A stretch of DNA of 64,000 nucleotides from an uncultured Actinomycetes bacterium (GCA_903825945.1 CAIKCJ010000018.1:737-64736); one strand, 5' to 3'. Positions 29,357-38,800 are shown, counted from the stretch's first letter. Translations and numbers: made by a program. The notes: a model not told the origin generated them from the sequence alone.

Positions 29357-31221
29357 TAGTTTGCTGCCTTTCCGTATCCATATGGATCACTTGTAATGAT
29401 TGGCTCTACATCGAAGTTCTCTAGAGGAACTGGATATGGAACTGTCCATTCGAGAGTCTTTGCACCCCATGGATTCATAGGAGCGATCTTTCCATTGCGC
29501 CATGAATGCACAACTGCCCATAGGAGAGTGATCATTCCAATTCCGACTGAGTAAGCACCAGCGGTGCTGATCATGTTGGAATGTTCGTAGACGAATGCAT
29601 AGTCAGCTACGCGACGAGGTTGTCCTTGAGCGCCAGCCATAAACATGCCGAGGAACAAGACGTTAAATCCAATCTGAATTAACCAGAATGCGATGTAACC
29701 CGCACGCTCATTGAGCATGCGACCTGTCATCTTAGGGAACCAGTAGACCAATCCGGCCATTGCGCCCGTGAAGGCTGCTCCCATAAGTGTGTAGTGGAAG
29801 TGGGCTGTAACGAACATAGATCCATGCAAGTAGTTATCTGCAGGGACATCTGAAAGGTACACGCCTGTAATTCCACCGATTAGGAAGTTCCACAAGAACG
29901 CATAGACAGAGAGCATTGGAAGTTTCATCCAAGGTCGACCGCGCCATAGCGTTCCTACGAGGACCAGGAAGAGCAGTCCGGTTGGTACTGAGATGAACTC
30001 GGTTGTGATCATGAATGGGCCATTGAGGGATGGCATCCAGCCTGACATGTACATGTGGTGAGCCCAAACAAGTACTGATAGTCCAGCAATACCGGCGAAA
30101 CCAGCGATTGCTGCGTTGTATGAGAAGAGCGGCTTACGGACAAATACTGGAGCAATTTCCATAAGGGCTGCAACACCAGGAATCAAGATCACGTACACCT
30201 CAGGGTGACCCATGATCCAGAAGAGGTTGGCATAGAGCCAGCCACTTCCTCCGACGTTAGCGTCGTAGAAGCCTGTAGCAATTGTGCGATCCATTCCAGT
30301 TTGAATCATTGCCAACATAAATGTTGGGAATGCTGGGATGGCAAGTGCAACAGAGATGGTTGCGCCGACTACGAAAATTGGAACGCGGTTCCACTTCATA
30401 CCCTTGGCACGCATCGCAATAACTGTTGTGGTGATGTTCATACCTGCAACAGCTGTTGAAACCGCGAAGATGATGATTGTTGCAAGGAACGCATTCATAC
30501 CAGGACCAGCTTGATCGCTCAAAGGAGCGTATGCGGTCCAGCCTGTTGGAATTCCACCGAGGAACCATGCGCTGCAAAGCACAGGAATCGCAGTGAAGAG
30601 AACCCACCAGCTCAGTGCGTTGAGGCGAGGGAACGCCATATCGCGAGCACCAATCATGATTGGCATGATGTAGTTACCGAAAGGACCAGTGGCAACAATG
30701 ATCATTGCAATAATCATTGTTATTCCATGAAGTCCAACAAGTGAGTTGTAGACGTTTGGTGTAACCAAATGTGAACCCGGCGTTGCCAAGTTGGTACGAA
30801 TCATCATGGCCATCGTGCCACCGACGCCAAGCATTGTCATCACACCGACGAGGTATTGGATACCAACAACCTTGTGGTCTGTGCAGTACTTGAAGTAGCG
30901 CTTGACTCCCTGACCATCGCCAGCCAAGTAGAGCTGCTCTTCAGCGGTGAGGTCTTTACCGATTAGCCAGCGGAATGGGCCAATGAGAGCGCCGATTCCA
31001 ACGAGGAATCCGAAGCTCCACATAAGCATGGAAGCGAGAAGGACCTTGTTGACGTTGTGCGAATCTGTCATGTCGCGTCCAGCGCGCATGGCGTAATAGG
31101 TGCCCCAACAGAAGATCGCTCCAACAATAATTCCTGTACCCATGTTGAGTCGGGTGATCAGACTCCGCTTTGGATTAGGAATCGGACGCGTCGATACAGG
31201 CGCGTGTGAAAGAGTGGTCAT
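29356..31221 (-). CDS. ctaD: Cytochrome c oxidase subunit I (A-type) with N-terminal extension
   Basis: TDHKVVGIQYL, WIMGHPEVYVILIPG (His-Tyr plus Glu) and HFHYTLMG. 621 aa. Confidence 0.9.
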   Translation of the reverse strand: MTTLSHAPVSTRPIPNPKRSLITRLNMGTGIIVGAIFCWGTYYAMRAGRDMTDSHNVNKVLLASMLMWSFGFLVGIGALIGPFRWLIGKDLTAEEQLYLAGDGQGVKRYFKYCTDHKVVGIQYLVGVMTMLGVGGTMAMMIRTNLATPGSHLVTPNVYNSLVGLHGITMIIAMIIVATGPFGNYIMPIMIGARDMAFPRLNALSWWVLFTAIPVLCSAWFLGGIPTGWTAYAPLSDQAGPGMNAFLATIIIFAVSTAVAGMNITTTVIAMRAKGMKWNRVPIFVVGATISVALAIPAFPTFMLAMIQTGMDRTIATGFYDANVGGSGWLYANLFWIMGHPEVYVILIPGVAALMEIAPVFVRKPLFSYNAAIAGFAGIAGLSVLVWAHHMYMSGWMPSLNGPFMITTEFISVPTGLLFLVLVGTLWRGRPWMKLPMLSVYAFLWNFLIGGITGVYLSDVPADNYLHGSMFVTAHFHYTLMGAAFTGAMAGLVYWFPKMTGRMLNERAGYIAFWLIQIGFNVLFLGMFMAGAQGQPRRVADYAFVYEHSNMISTAGAYSVGIGMITLLWAVVHSWRNGKIAPMNPWGAKTLEWTVPYPVPLENFDVEPIITSDPYGYGKAAN

Positions 31222-32015
31222 TGTGTTCCTCCTTGTGCCTGGATTGATGAGACCCAGTTGTTAAAGTCGGTTGTCGATTCAACTTGACCACTTGTCTCCA
31301 TGTAGGCGTGATAGAGGCCGCAAAGTTCTGCGCACTTCACATCAAGAACACCAATTTTGTCTGGAGTTGTATGGATGACAGTTGTCGTCAAACGGTTGGC
31401 GTCAACTTTCACACCGAGTTGTACTGGCCAGAATGAGTGATTCACGTCTGCCGAGATAATGTTGAAAGTCACAGGACGATCAACTGGCAGATTGAGAGTG
31501 TGGGTAGTGATGTTCTGTGCAGGGTAATTAAATGACCATGCCCATTGCGATCCAGTCACATCAACTACCAACGCGTTAGGCGCATCGGTAGCCGCCTTCA
31601 CCGCATCGGTATTCATCGAAACCATTCCCCATACAAGTGCAAGGATGATGAAGAGAACTGAGACCGAACTCCAAATAATCACAACTGGAGTGTGTGTGCG
31701 CATTGCAATGCCATCTTCTGGAGGAGTGTCTCCGCGATGCATGTTTAGGAATGACTCCATTGCAATTGCGAGGATGACTCCGGCAATAGGAGCAGAGATC
31801 ACGGTAAACCAGATCATGATGTCTTCATCGGCCTGCATCTCTTTAGAGAGCACATTAGGCATCCAATGTGGATAAACCCAGATACCTAGAACAACGAAAA
31901 CAATTGTAAAGAAGGCACCCAGAATGAATGTCTGGCGCACATCCTTACGACTAAGGAATTTGCTTACTCTCTGTCCAGGTGTTGGAGGGAGTAATTCTTC
32001 GGTGTGATTAACCAT
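31218..32015 (-). CDS. ctaC: Cytochrome c oxidase subunit II (CuA, no cytochrome c domain)
   Basis: CuA ligand set VNHSFW ... CAELCGLYHAYM. N-terminal TM helices. Confidence 0.85.
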   Translation of the reverse strand: MVNHTEELLPPTPGQRVSKFLSRKDVRQTFILGAFFTIVFVVLGIWVYPHWMPNVLSKEMQADEDIMIWFTVISAPIAGVILAIAMESFLNMHRGDTPPEDGIAMRTHTPVVIIWSSVSVLFIILALVWGMVSMNTDAVKAATDAPNALVVDVTGSQWAWSFNYPAQNITTHTLNLPVDRPVTFNIISADVNHSFWPVQLGVKVDANRLTTTVIHTTPDKIGVLDVKCAELCGLYHAYMETSGQVESTTDFNNWVSSIQAQGGTQ

Positions 32016-32751
32016 TGACTACGGTCACCTTTCCAGACATGTATCCAAGCTGACCCATGACAGCTCCGAATCCTTGGTAGGTGGTGTCACCACATGGATA
32101 TTCGCAGTTCCATACGTAGTTACCAGCGCCTGCAGTAATGAAGGAGAAGGTCACTTTGTGTCCAACTGGAAGTTTTGTTGGATCGTTGTTGTAAGCAGCC
32201 ATTTCTTTATCCGTATTAAGTGGCAACGGAACGCTGACATATAGTGGATCTTGTGTAGTCGTAGGAAGTCCATGCAGTGTGAATGTGTGCTCGACGTTGT
32301 TTGGATCAATTGAGGACTGTGCTACGCCATCATAAAGAGCTGTTCCGCCGATAGTTCCAACTACGCGTCCAAAGTATGGATTGTTGAGACTTCCACCTGA
32401 GTCATAGACAGTAAGTGTCATTGTCACGTATGTGTGCGCAGGAAGAACAAAGTGTGTATACGGACCGTAAGAAGGCCATGACGGATGTCCACCATCGCAG
32501 GTTGCACAATTTCCGTGCGCCTTCGAGCCGATTGGATCTGGGTAGACGCCATCAGCAATAAATGCGTGCGGATATGTTTTTCCATCGGGACCAACGATGG
32601 TGCCGTGAACAGTCGCATATTCTTTTGGTTGAGGGTCGGCTGAGACTTTGTGAAGCGTGAATCCAACTCCTGCAACTACGGCTATACCGAGTACAAGAGC
32701 GATCACTGCTCCTACAGCAGTCTTAGTTTTAGATGGTGTGGAGCTGGCCAC
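32008..32751 (-). CDS. Membrane-anchored cupredoxin-like protein with a degenerate CuA-type motif
   Basis: GTG start with AAAGGA upstream and a single N-terminal TM. VEHTFTLHG ... NCEYPCGDTTYQGFGAVM parallels the VNHSF ... CAELCG...M of subunit II. 8-nt overlap with subunit II. Confidence 0.55.
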   Translation of the reverse strand: MASSTPSKTKTAVGAVIALVLGIAVVAGVGFTLHKVSADPQPKEYATVHGTIVGPDGKTYPHAFIADGVYPDPIGSKAHGNCATCDGGHPSWPSYGPYTHFVLPAHTYVTMTLTVYDSGGSLNNPYFGRVVGTIGGTALYDGVAQSSIDPNNVEHTFTLHGLPTTTQDPLYVSVPLPLNTDKEMAAYNNDPTKLPVGHKVTFSFITAGAGNYVWNCEYPCGDTTYQGFGAVMGQLGYMSGKVTVVNG

Positions 32752-33029
32752 AAGTCATCCTTTCTAATCTTCACTAGTCTTTCTAGTGACGGATCTTGCG
32801 ATCCGAGTGAGGGTAAGAAGTTTTCTGTAAATCAGATAACAACTAACACCGACAGGATACGCTTCTGTGTACTGTTTGGGAACACACTTAGATAACGATC
32901 GTCTGTGTAATTCTTTGTGAATTTCTCAGTCAATTTCTTTACGAATGTGCCCGTCGATTTGATAACAAAAAGTTATAAATCAGAGCTCGCACTTATTGAG
33001 TGCACAGGAAAAGATGCGAGGTAGCCTGA

Positions 33030-33836
33030 ATGAAACTCAATCCACTCTGGGATCTCCTCTTTGCAGCCTCAATCCTCATGGCTGGGTACTGGTATTTCAG
33101 CGAAAAGCAGGCACGCACTGCGGTCTCAAAAATTCGACAGGCGCTCTTTTACGGAGCCCTTACGCTCACCTTCGTCCTGATGGTTGGCCCAGTACCGCAT
33201 TTGGCAGTACGTATCTTCTGGGTTCATATGATTCAACATATTGGACTGATGATGCTGATTTCGCCACTGCTAGTACTTGGTGCGCCCATTCAGGTCGCTG
33301 CACACTCCAAATACCCGGCCCTCACCCGGATCCTGCGCTCGCTCGCCAAAAATCGACTATTTAGACAATTATTTAAGGCACCTGTGGGCTTCACGATCTT
33401 CCTTGCAGTCTTAATCGGCACGCACTTTTCGCCATTAGCCAACGCGGGAATGACCAATCCCAATATGCACTGCCTTGAATTGACGCTCTTTCTCTTTGCT
33501 GGAGTCATCTATTACTACCCGGTGATGGAGGGCAATCCACATGTTTATTTCATCCCGTATTCAAACCGGGTCATCTCGCTCTTCGCGATGATGCTTCCTG
33601 AAACCATGGTTGGTTTCTTCCTGTATTCGGGCAATCGAGTTCTTCATTCACTTCCAACTCGTACCAGCATGAGTATGGGGTTAGCGGATCAGCATCAAGG
33701 TGGAGCCATTATGTGGGCTATGGGCATGTTGATAGATACGCTATGGATTGTGCTTGCAGCCAAGGATTGGTTTTCTGCTGAAAAAGCGTTAGCAGAGCTA
33801 GAAGATCTTAAAGAGATGGGATCGCACGATGAGTGA
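33030..33836 (+). CDS. ctaG: Cytochrome c oxidase assembly factor CtaG (Caa3_CtaG family)
   Basis: Polytopic; VHMIQHIGLMMLISPLLVLGAP is typical of Bacillus-type CtaG. Divergent from the oxidase operon. Confidence 0.7.
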   Translation: MKLNPLWDLLFAASILMAGYWYFSEKQARTAVSKIRQALFYGALTLTFVLMVGPVPHLAVRIFWVHMIQHIGLMMLISPLLVLGAPIQVAAHSKYPALTRILRSLAKNRLFRQLFKAPVGFTIFLAVLIGTHFSPLANAGMTNPNMHCLELTLFLFAGVIYYYPVMEGNPHVYFIPYSNRVISLFAMMLPETMVGFFLYSGNRVLHSLPTRTSMSMGLADQHQGGAIMWAMGMLIDTLWIVLAAKDWFSAEKALAELEDLKEMGSHDE

Positions 33837-34086
33837 GCAGCCAGTACCGCACCAACCATCACCAGATGCTGACCCAAAACGTAAATGGGTGCTCTTGGCT
33901 TTGCCGTTCTGTGCCGCCATGGGGCTCTTCGAGTTTAATCGGGCGCTAAGCGGTAATCATTTGAGTTGGGTTTACGTATTTGAGTGGCCCTTCTTCGCTA
34001 TCTTCGTTCTATATATGTATATGAAGCTCGGGCAACCGCAAGAGCCGTACGACGATTCAGATGACCCGAAGCGCGAGATCGAGTAG
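33829..34086 (+). CDS. Small 2-TM membrane protein, function unknown
   Basis: 85 aa; overlaps the ctaG end by 8 nt. Two hydrophobic helices and an acidic C-terminus. Confidence 0.45.
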   Translation: MSEQPVPHQPSPDADPKRKWVLLALPFCAAMGLFEFNRALSGNHLSWVYVFEWPFFAIFVLYMYMKLGQPQEPYDDSDDPKREIE

Positions 34087-34138
34087 ACCCACACTTCGCT
34101 TTTCCATCTTGAGAAGCTCCATCTAGACTACGTAAGCC

Positions 34139-35248
34139 ATGTTTTCAATACTTTCACTGTCAACCGAGATCATCTTCTGGGTATGCAGTTTTGCAGGACT
34201 GATTCTCACTGTTTATTACTGGGACAAGGTTGCGCAGAAAAAGTGGCACCACATAACAGCACGTTTTTCGATGGTTATCGCGATTCAAATGTTTGTCTTG
34301 GCTGCGATGGGCGTAACAATCAATCGCTCCGGTGACTTCTACGATTCATGGGCAGATCTTCTAGGCGCCAAACAGCAGCTTGCAAAAATTGCGCTCAGTC
34401 CGCAAGACCTCGCACTAATCTCCAATTCTGATATAGCCGCTGCTACTAAGACAACAGGCGGTTCACTTATCTTCCGTAAAGTTATTCGTGGCGCACAATC
34501 AAATATTTCTGATGTTGTTTACGTTATAGCGTCACCTAAGCTAGCCAAGCTTTTGGAGTCACCAACGCGATCACTTGGCTCTCAATACCAAGTTGATGAA
34601 CTCTTCCCAGGTGCCCCCGGAGTGCCACAAACATGGATTGGCACTCTTGATGGCGTAACAAGTATGGAGACGCTTGAGAACGCTGGACAAATTGGTCCGA
34701 CCCTCTTGGTGATTCCTGCAATCAATGTCGTTCCTGGACAAGATACAGAATGCATGAATTTTGATGGTGGTGCACAAGTTGAAACATGGATCACCTCTGA
34801 CATGCAGAACTTTATGCAGAAATTTATGGGGATTGATAATCGACCTTGGGGTGCATTCGGATATTCAACTGGCGGATGGTGCGCTGCAGAAGCTGCAATC
34901 TTGCACCAATCCCAGTACTACGCAGCGGTCTCACTCGCTGGCTATTTCCAACCCGAATTCTCTCTTGGCGTTACAAAGCGGGAAAAGAATTATCTCACCA
35001 GTAAATATGACCTTGAGAGCGCTCTGAAAAATGGTCAGCGCAATACCAAGATGTTGGTCATAGCAAGTGTCAAAGATAAATTTGCCAACGCGTCAGCGAA
35101 GCAATTTATCAACTCTGCGCAGGGCTATATACCTATTAAATATATTCCGATTCCGGTAGGCGGGCACAACACAAGTGTCTGGAAACCATTTGTTCCTACA
35201 GGTTTCCTATGGTTGGGCTCTGAAAACCCAACTAACGCTGGTCTTTAA
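34139..35248 (+). CDS. Membrane-anchored esterase-family alpha/beta hydrolase
   Basis: Two N-terminal TM helices, then a putative-esterase fold with nucleophile elbow GYSTGG. Convergent with the aaPG synthase, 3 nt apart. Confidence 0.7.
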   Translation: MFSILSLSTEIIFWVCSFAGLILTVYYWDKVAQKKWHHITARFSMVIAIQMFVLAAMGVTINRSGDFYDSWADLLGAKQQLAKIALSPQDLALISNSDIAAATKTTGGSLIFRKVIRGAQSNISDVVYVIASPKLAKLLESPTRSLGSQYQVDELFPGAPGVPQTWIGTLDGVTSMETLENAGQIGPTLLVIPAINVVPGQDTECMNFDGGAQVETWITSDMQNFMQKFMGIDNRPWGAFGYSTGGWCAAEAAILHQSQYYAAVSLAGYFQPEFSLGVTKREKNYLTSKYDLESALKNGQRNTKMLVIASVKDKFANASAKQFINSAQGYIPIKYIPIPVGGHNTSVWKPFVPTGFLWLGSENPTNAGL

Positions 35249-35251
35249 TTA

Positions 35252-36919
35252 TTAATTTTTGCGAAAGCCGCTGATGAACTTCTCGGCACGTAGCGCTGCC
35301 CAACCAACTTTTGGTAGATCGGCCGCTCTTGGGTAAAGAACGTAACGAGTCTCCCAATCGGGTTGGAACTTTGCATTGAAGCGATAGAGCGATTCGACTT
35401 GGAAGAAGTTCGAGAAGAATCGGATCAGATTGCGAGTTCCGCGGGTAATTGGCCCCGCACTAATTTTGTCAGCTCTATCAAAGAGTGAGCGAAATGCCGC
35501 AAAATTAAGTGAGACCCGATTGAAGCCATGTTCACGTGCCCACTCAACTGTTTCAACAATCATTAATTCGTTGACGCCAGCGTCGGTACCACGTTCACGT
35601 TGCATTCGATCAAGCGATAAGCCATCTGTTGTCCATGGCACGTAATAGAGGAGTCCTTTAATAGCACCATCAAGTCGCGCAATAGTGATGTACGTATCTG
35701 GATCGATATCTTCGCCAAAGCGATCCATTGACATAGAAAATCCGCGCTCAGCTACTCCATAACGCCATTCGTGGCCGAGTTTGCGTAGTTCCACGCGCAC
35801 TTCGGGATCCACATCAGACCACTTATATGTGCGGCATGAGTAGCCCTTGCGACGAATTCTGTTGACCATCTGTCGAACGTTCGCCATTGGGCGACCTTCT
35901 AAGGTGAAATCCTTCACTCGAATAATGGCTTCATCACCAATATCGATTGCTGTCATCCCGGCATGCTCTACCCATACCTCGCCGCCATGATCGCTACACC
36001 CCATGACCGCCGGAGTCCATGCGTGTAGTTCTGCCTCTGCAAGAAATGCTTCAATCGCAGCAGGCCACAAGCTGTACTCACCAAATGGATCGCCACTTGC
36101 GAGCATCACTCCACCTTGGACGCGATACGCAATTCCGGCCTTGCGATTAGGAGACCAGATGACGCTCTTGTCGCGTCGTGTGGCGAAGTAGCCAAGTGAA
36201 TCTTGATCTAGATCATGCTTGATGAGAGTTCGTACCTGGTCAATATCTTCATCTGACATTCGTGCGATTGGCTTCACGCGACGGAAGTAAGACCAGATTG
36301 GGACCAGGATAATAAAGAAACCGAATGTGCCAAGTGTAAAACTCAGCAGATCACTGGTTTTTTCAGAGTGGAATGTAACTGGACCTGTGACTCCCACGAA
36401 TCCTTCGATGACATAAAGGCATATTTTCCAAAGGGATGGGCGACCAATGAACTCACTCTGGTCTCGGAATTCAAGGAGTAGAACGCTGGCAACAAAGAGA
36501 ACAACCAGTGCTAATCCAAAACCTATGAGCGGTTGAAAGCGAGTACTTGGATCCGACTTTGCATAAAACGATTTCTGGAAAATTATTAAGATTGCTAGAA
36601 GCGTAAGGCCGAGTGCAATTTGAAGTGGATGCTGACGCCCTCGGAATAGGTCAGTAATAATATTAATAATCAAGATGCCGATTGCCAAAATCCACGCGCG
36701 ACGCTTACGTCGTCCCAGCCCACGCGCCAAGATCATCAGAAGCAGACCGGTAAAGATTGCAGCCGCTAGAGCTGAGCCAGTTACGAATGCCGGGAAGGCT
36801 GTGTTCAGTGCATGGACACGGATACGCCACCGCGAATTGACGTTGGCCAGGATGTCGAGAAATCCAATAATGAACGCAACGCGACCAATCCAAACAGGAA
36901 CCCACTTCTGTGTTTTCAT
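35252..36919 (-). CDS. Aminoacyl-phosphatidylglycerol synthase (MprF/LysX-like: TM domain plus DUF2156), no LysRS domain
   Basis: About 6 N-terminal TMs. The C-terminal domain has NRVSLNFAAFRSLF and QVESLYRFNAKFQPDWETRYV, typical of LPG-synthase C / DUF2156. Confidence 0.8.
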   Translation of the reverse strand: MKTQKWVPVWIGRVAFIIGFLDILANVNSRWRIRVHALNTAFPAFVTGSALAAAIFTGLLLMILARGLGRRKRRAWILAIGILIINIITDLFRGRQHPLQIALGLTLLAILIIFQKSFYAKSDPSTRFQPLIGFGLALVVLFVASVLLLEFRDQSEFIGRPSLWKICLYVIEGFVGVTGPVTFHSEKTSDLLSFTLGTFGFFIILVPIWSYFRRVKPIARMSDEDIDQVRTLIKHDLDQDSLGYFATRRDKSVIWSPNRKAGIAYRVQGGVMLASGDPFGEYSLWPAAIEAFLAEAELHAWTPAVMGCSDHGGEVWVEHAGMTAIDIGDEAIIRVKDFTLEGRPMANVRQMVNRIRRKGYSCRTYKWSDVDPEVRVELRKLGHEWRYGVAERGFSMSMDRFGEDIDPDTYITIARLDGAIKGLLYYVPWTTDGLSLDRMQRERGTDAGVNELMIVETVEWAREHGFNRVSLNFAAFRSLFDRADKISAGPITRGTRNLIRFFSNFFQVESLYRFNAKFQPDWETRYVLYPRAADLPKVGWAALRAEKFISGFRKN

Positions 36920-38037
36920 TATCTAAACACTCCTGTATGTCCGAGGGAATATCTACCTGGCTGTGGGTAGAAGGCTAAGCCATGAGGCTCTTTGCCGACC
37001 TTAATGCTGCGAAGAAATTTTCCGTGAACAATGTCGAAAACATAGACAACGTTGTTGTATCGACCAGAGACCCAAAATTGGGTTCCGTCAGCAGAGATAC
37101 CGCCCATGTCTGGGCTGCCACCACCAGGGATTTTCCACTTTGCGATTACTGTATTTGTTGCGAAATCGAGGACGCTGACACTGCCTTCACCACGATTGGT
37201 GATCAACATATCCTTGGAATCACGAGTGACGTACTCACCGTGTGCACCGTTGCCAGTCTTGATAAGAGTGAATTTACCGAAAGTATCAGCCTTCATAGCC
37301 CAGATGCCGTTAGACATCATGTCTGCAATATAGAAAGTCGAGCCATCGGGTGAAACTTTTACATCCTGTGGCATTGGAGCTTTTGAGTAGGTATGAGGCA
37401 GCGTTGCAACGCCTACAACCTTCATTTTCGCTGTATCTACTTTGAGAGCCTGACCAGAGAACTCGCAGCTGACAATGAAAAATGATCCGTCCTTGCTCCA
37501 GTCTGCATGGTTCACGCCAGTACATGGAACATGAACGATCTTCTTTATTGCCATTGTGTGAGGATCGCGGAATACGATCTCTTTATCTGCCTCAGCCATA
37601 ACGATTGCGTATTTTCCGTTAGGGGTGAAGTAAAGATTGTATGGATCGTGAACGTAGACAGATTTTCCAGGCAGTCCAGTTTTTGGATCGATAGGCGTTA
37701 GATGATTTCCCTCATCGTCATTCACCCAAAGAGTCTTTAGGTCCCACGAAGGGACAACATGTTGTGGGCCTTTAGGGACTGCAAATGTGCGAATAACCTT
37801 GAAAGTTTTTGGATCAATTTCGGTGACTGAGTTACCCGTGTGGTTGGGCACATAGACGCGTTCGGGAAAATCTTTAACAACTGGGCTCAGCGCATTAGGG
37901 CGATCCGCAGCATAAATATCGTTTTGATCGAGCACTGGTGGCATTCCCACAAGTGGCGTGCTGGCATAAACCGCAGAACTACTGAGCGCTGGTGTGAGTG
38001 CAAGTGCAAAAACAAGTGAAGCAAGAATCTTCTTCAT
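36919..38037 (-). CDS. Secreted YVTN/YncE-type beta-propeller repeat protein
   Basis: Sec signal MKKILASLVFALALTPALSSSAVYA and repeated ...SPDG..FYV.. blades. Its stop overlaps the aaPGS start. Confidence 0.65.
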   Translation of the reverse strand: MKKILASLVFALALTPALSSSAVYASTPLVGMPPVLDQNDIYAADRPNALSPVVKDFPERVYVPNHTGNSVTEIDPKTFKVIRTFAVPKGPQHVVPSWDLKTLWVNDDEGNHLTPIDPKTGLPGKSVYVHDPYNLYFTPNGKYAIVMAEADKEIVFRDPHTMAIKKIVHVPCTGVNHADWSKDGSFFIVSCEFSGQALKVDTAKMKVVGVATLPHTYSKAPMPQDVKVSPDGSTFYIADMMSNGIWAMKADTFGKFTLIKTGNGAHGEYVTRDSKDMLITNRGEGSVSVLDFATNTVIAKWKIPGGGSPDMGGISADGTQFWVSGRYNNVVYVFDIVHGKFLRSIKVGKEPHGLAFYPQPGRYSLGHTGVFR

Positions 38038-38059
38038 TTATACCCCTATGTGATTATCT

Positions 38060-38800
38060 CTAAATAGCTAGCAGCGTCGTCAATGTGACTGGAGTGAATC
38101 CTTTGGCGTGAATATTTTCGAGTAAAGTTGGCATGGCATCGATTGTGTCCTGGTGGCCAAAGTGCAAGCTGATGATGCTTCCGTTCTTAATATCTTTTGC
38201 AACATCGGCGAGAACGGCTTTCTTGCCTACATCTTGATAGTCATGAGAATCCACGTCATACGAAATACATTGCTTGTAGCCATATTTAGCTGCTGCGTTA
38301 CGGATGAGCGCGGTTGAGTATTGAGTTCCAGATGGACGGAACCATTTACCGTGGTTGCCAGTGAGCTTTTTAAGTTCGCCGGCACACCCCGCGATTTCCG
38401 AATCTACCTTTGCTGCACTCAAGGTCTTCATTTGGTAATGATTCATTGTGTGATTGCCTAGGTCATAACCAGCATCAAGCATCTGCTTGGCAACAGTGGG
38501 ATAGCCTCGGAGCCAACTTCCGATCGCAAAGACGGAGATTGGGGTCGATGTGCTCTTAAAGATTGCTAATAATTTTTGAACGATCGCAGGGTCGCCTTGT
38601 CCATGAAAGGTGAGGGCAACATTGGGGGTTGAGCGGGGTCCATGAACGATATCTGGATGCGCGCTGCTCTTGAGCGCCGCCGCAAGTGCTTGAGTCGGTG
38701 ATGAAATCAGCGCGGCAGCCAGTCCGCCTGATGCCAGAGCTGCGCCCTTGAGGAGCGAGCGTCGATCGGGGCTGGGAGAGGCATTCTGAGGCATGGCCAA
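38060..38800 (-). CDS. Tat-exported polysaccharide deacetylase (NodB-fold) family protein
   Basis: Tat motif DRRSLLKGAA. NodB motifs HTMNH, FRPSG, DVDSHDY and IISLHFG. Motif 1 reads TFHGQGD instead of TFDD. Confidence 0.75.
   Translation of the reverse strand: MAMPQNASPSPDRRSLLKGAALASGGLAAALISSPTQALAAALKSSAHPDIVHGPRSTPNVALTFHGQGDPAIVQKLLAIFKSTSTPISVFAIGSWLRGYPTVAKQMLDAGYDLGNHTMNHYQMKTLSAAKVDSEIAGCAGELKKLTGNHGKWFRPSGTQYSTALIRNAAAKYGYKQCISYDVDSHDYQDVGKKAVLADVAKDIKNGSIISLHFGHQDTIDAMPTLLENIHAKGFTPVTLTTLLAI

Noticed and set aside
32752-33029. Largest intergenic gap (278 bp) examined for a tRNA, sRNA or small ORF
   Set aside because: It is AT-rich with only short palindromes (CACTAG-N5-CTAGTG, CGGATC-N4-GATCCG, ACGATCGT). 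It shows no cloverleaf features, no SD-preceded ORF and no terminator. It is best explained as the divergent promoter region of the oxidase operon and ctaG.
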